Shown here one piece after another: positions 63,347-64,000 of a DNA stretch of 64,000 nt. Each line of letters begins with the position of its first letter. The first letter of the stretch is position 1. The translations under genes and the position numbers were made by a program. Source of the stretch: Desulfovibrio sp. UBA6079 (GTDB lineage: Bacteria; Desulfobacterota; Desulfovibrionia; Desulfovibrionales; Desulfovibrionaceae). Under the pieces are notes generated by a model. It saw only the letters and a program-made list of their open reading frames with translations. It did not search any database and was not told the DNA's origin. The stretch lies in NCBI GenBank assembly GCA_002428705.1, contig DIXN01000001.1, positions 15,030 to 79,029 on the forward strand, given 5' to 3'.

Positions 63347-64000
63347 ATGAAGCTCTTCGAATACCAGGCCAAGGAAGCCTTTGCCGCGGCCGGCATACCC
63401 GTGCCCGCAAGCCGGCTGGTGACCGACCCGGCCCAGGCCCGGGCCGCCGCCGCCGAGATCGGCCTGCCCTGCGTGATAAAGGCCCAGGTCCTGACCGGCG
63501 GGCGCGGCAAGGCCGGGCTCATCAAGCTGGCCAAGAGCCCGGACGAGGTGACGGACATCGCCGCCCGGCTGCTCGGCGACAAAAGCCGGGTCATCACCCG
63601 TCTGCTGGTCGAGCAGGCCGTGGACTTCGTGCGCGAGGTCTACCTGTCCATCACCGTGGACCCGCCCTCGGGCAAGGTGGTGATCATGGCCTGCGCCGAG
63701 GGCGGCGTGGACATCGAGCAGCTGGCCGCCACCGCGCCGGAGAAGATCAGCCGGACCCTGGTGGACATCGACCAGGGCCTGCAGGCCTTCCAGATCAAGA
63801 ACGTGGTCTTCGCCCTGGGCCTGGCCGGCGGCGAGACCGGCAAGCAGGCCGCGGCAGTGGTCAGGAACCTCTACGGCGTGTTCCGCAAGCTCGATGCGGA
63901 GCTCACCGAGATCAACCCGCTCTTCGTCACCACGGACGGACAGGTCGTGGCCGGCGACGGCAAGCTGAGCATCGACGACAACTCGCTCTCCCGCCAGCCG
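63347..64000 (+). CDS. ADP-forming acyl-CoA synthetase beta subunit (SucC-like ATP-grasp), 3' end beyond window
   Basis: Not in the ORF track because it has no stop in the window. ATG 63347 follows AAGGAG. MKLFEYQAKEAFAAAGIPVP...LPCVIKAQVLTGGRGKAGLIKLA is a classic SucC N-terminus. Confidence 0.8.
   Translation, partial: MKLFEYQAKEAFAAAGIPVPASRLVTDPAQARAAAAEIGLPCVIKAQVLTGGRGKAGLIKLAKSPDEVTDIAARLLGDKSRVITRLLVEQAVDFVREVYLSITVDPPSGKVVIMACAEGGVDIEQLAATAPEKISRTLVDIDQGLQAFQIKNVVFALGLAGGETGKQAAAVVRNLYGVFRKLDAELTEINPLFVTTDGQVVAGDGKLSIDDNSLSRQP

Overview
This is a 64-kb chromosomal segment from a high-GC, Desulfovibrio-like (Desulfovibrionaceae-type) anaerobe. I support about 55 protein genes and one tRNA-Ala(CGC). 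I saw no rRNA, CRISPR array, transposase, integrase or phage genes.

Gene content, left to right:
- System I cytochrome c maturation genes in the order ccmE-F-A-B (minus strand). CcmE carries Cys where canonical CcmE has the heme-binding His.
- A CNNM/CBS transporter, a GT9 heptosyltransferase, and a ~0.9-kb AT-rich orphan gene.
- proA-nadD, then iorAB with a GAF-type sigma-54 activator.
- A P-type ATPase and c-di-GMP genes (two GGDEF, one PilZ).
- A PHP / ApgM-like / nucleotidyltransferase trio, an OYE reductase and an HpnA-like epimerase.
- aguA-aguB, then a ferredoxin plus an Fe-S protein divergent from a CRP/FNR regulator, with an FNR-type box between them.
- lutABC plus a small HTH/Zn-ribbon gene.
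- A histidine kinase-HDOD-DUF1566 operon.
- rpsB-tsf-pyrH-frr-uppS and an MCP.
- A dnaA-family gene next to an AT-rich DnaA-box region.
- thyX-ruvBAC-yebC-rlmE.
- tRNA-Ala followed by a 2-kb AT-rich island encoding a tandem-repeat (beta-helix-like) membrane protein.
- A PAS-type sigma-54 activator and a textbook -24/-12 promoter driving an Xsc-like ThDP enzyme, a CoA-acylating aldehyde dehydrogenase and an ADP-forming acyl-CoA synthetase beta subunit.

The last cluster is my best candidate for a distinct system: a sulfoacetate/sulfoacetaldehyde desulfonation operon. The strongest non-coding signal is a six-copy modular (BIME-like) mosaic of GC-rich hairpins. It is confined to intergenic DNA and twice forms tail-outward inverted pairs of about 0.55 kb.

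Technical notes: the ORF track renders GTG/TTG starts as M. Most long ORFs antisense to real genes are high-GC shadow ORFs. Several starts were moved to internal ATG/GTG/TTG codons, with the reason given for each feature.
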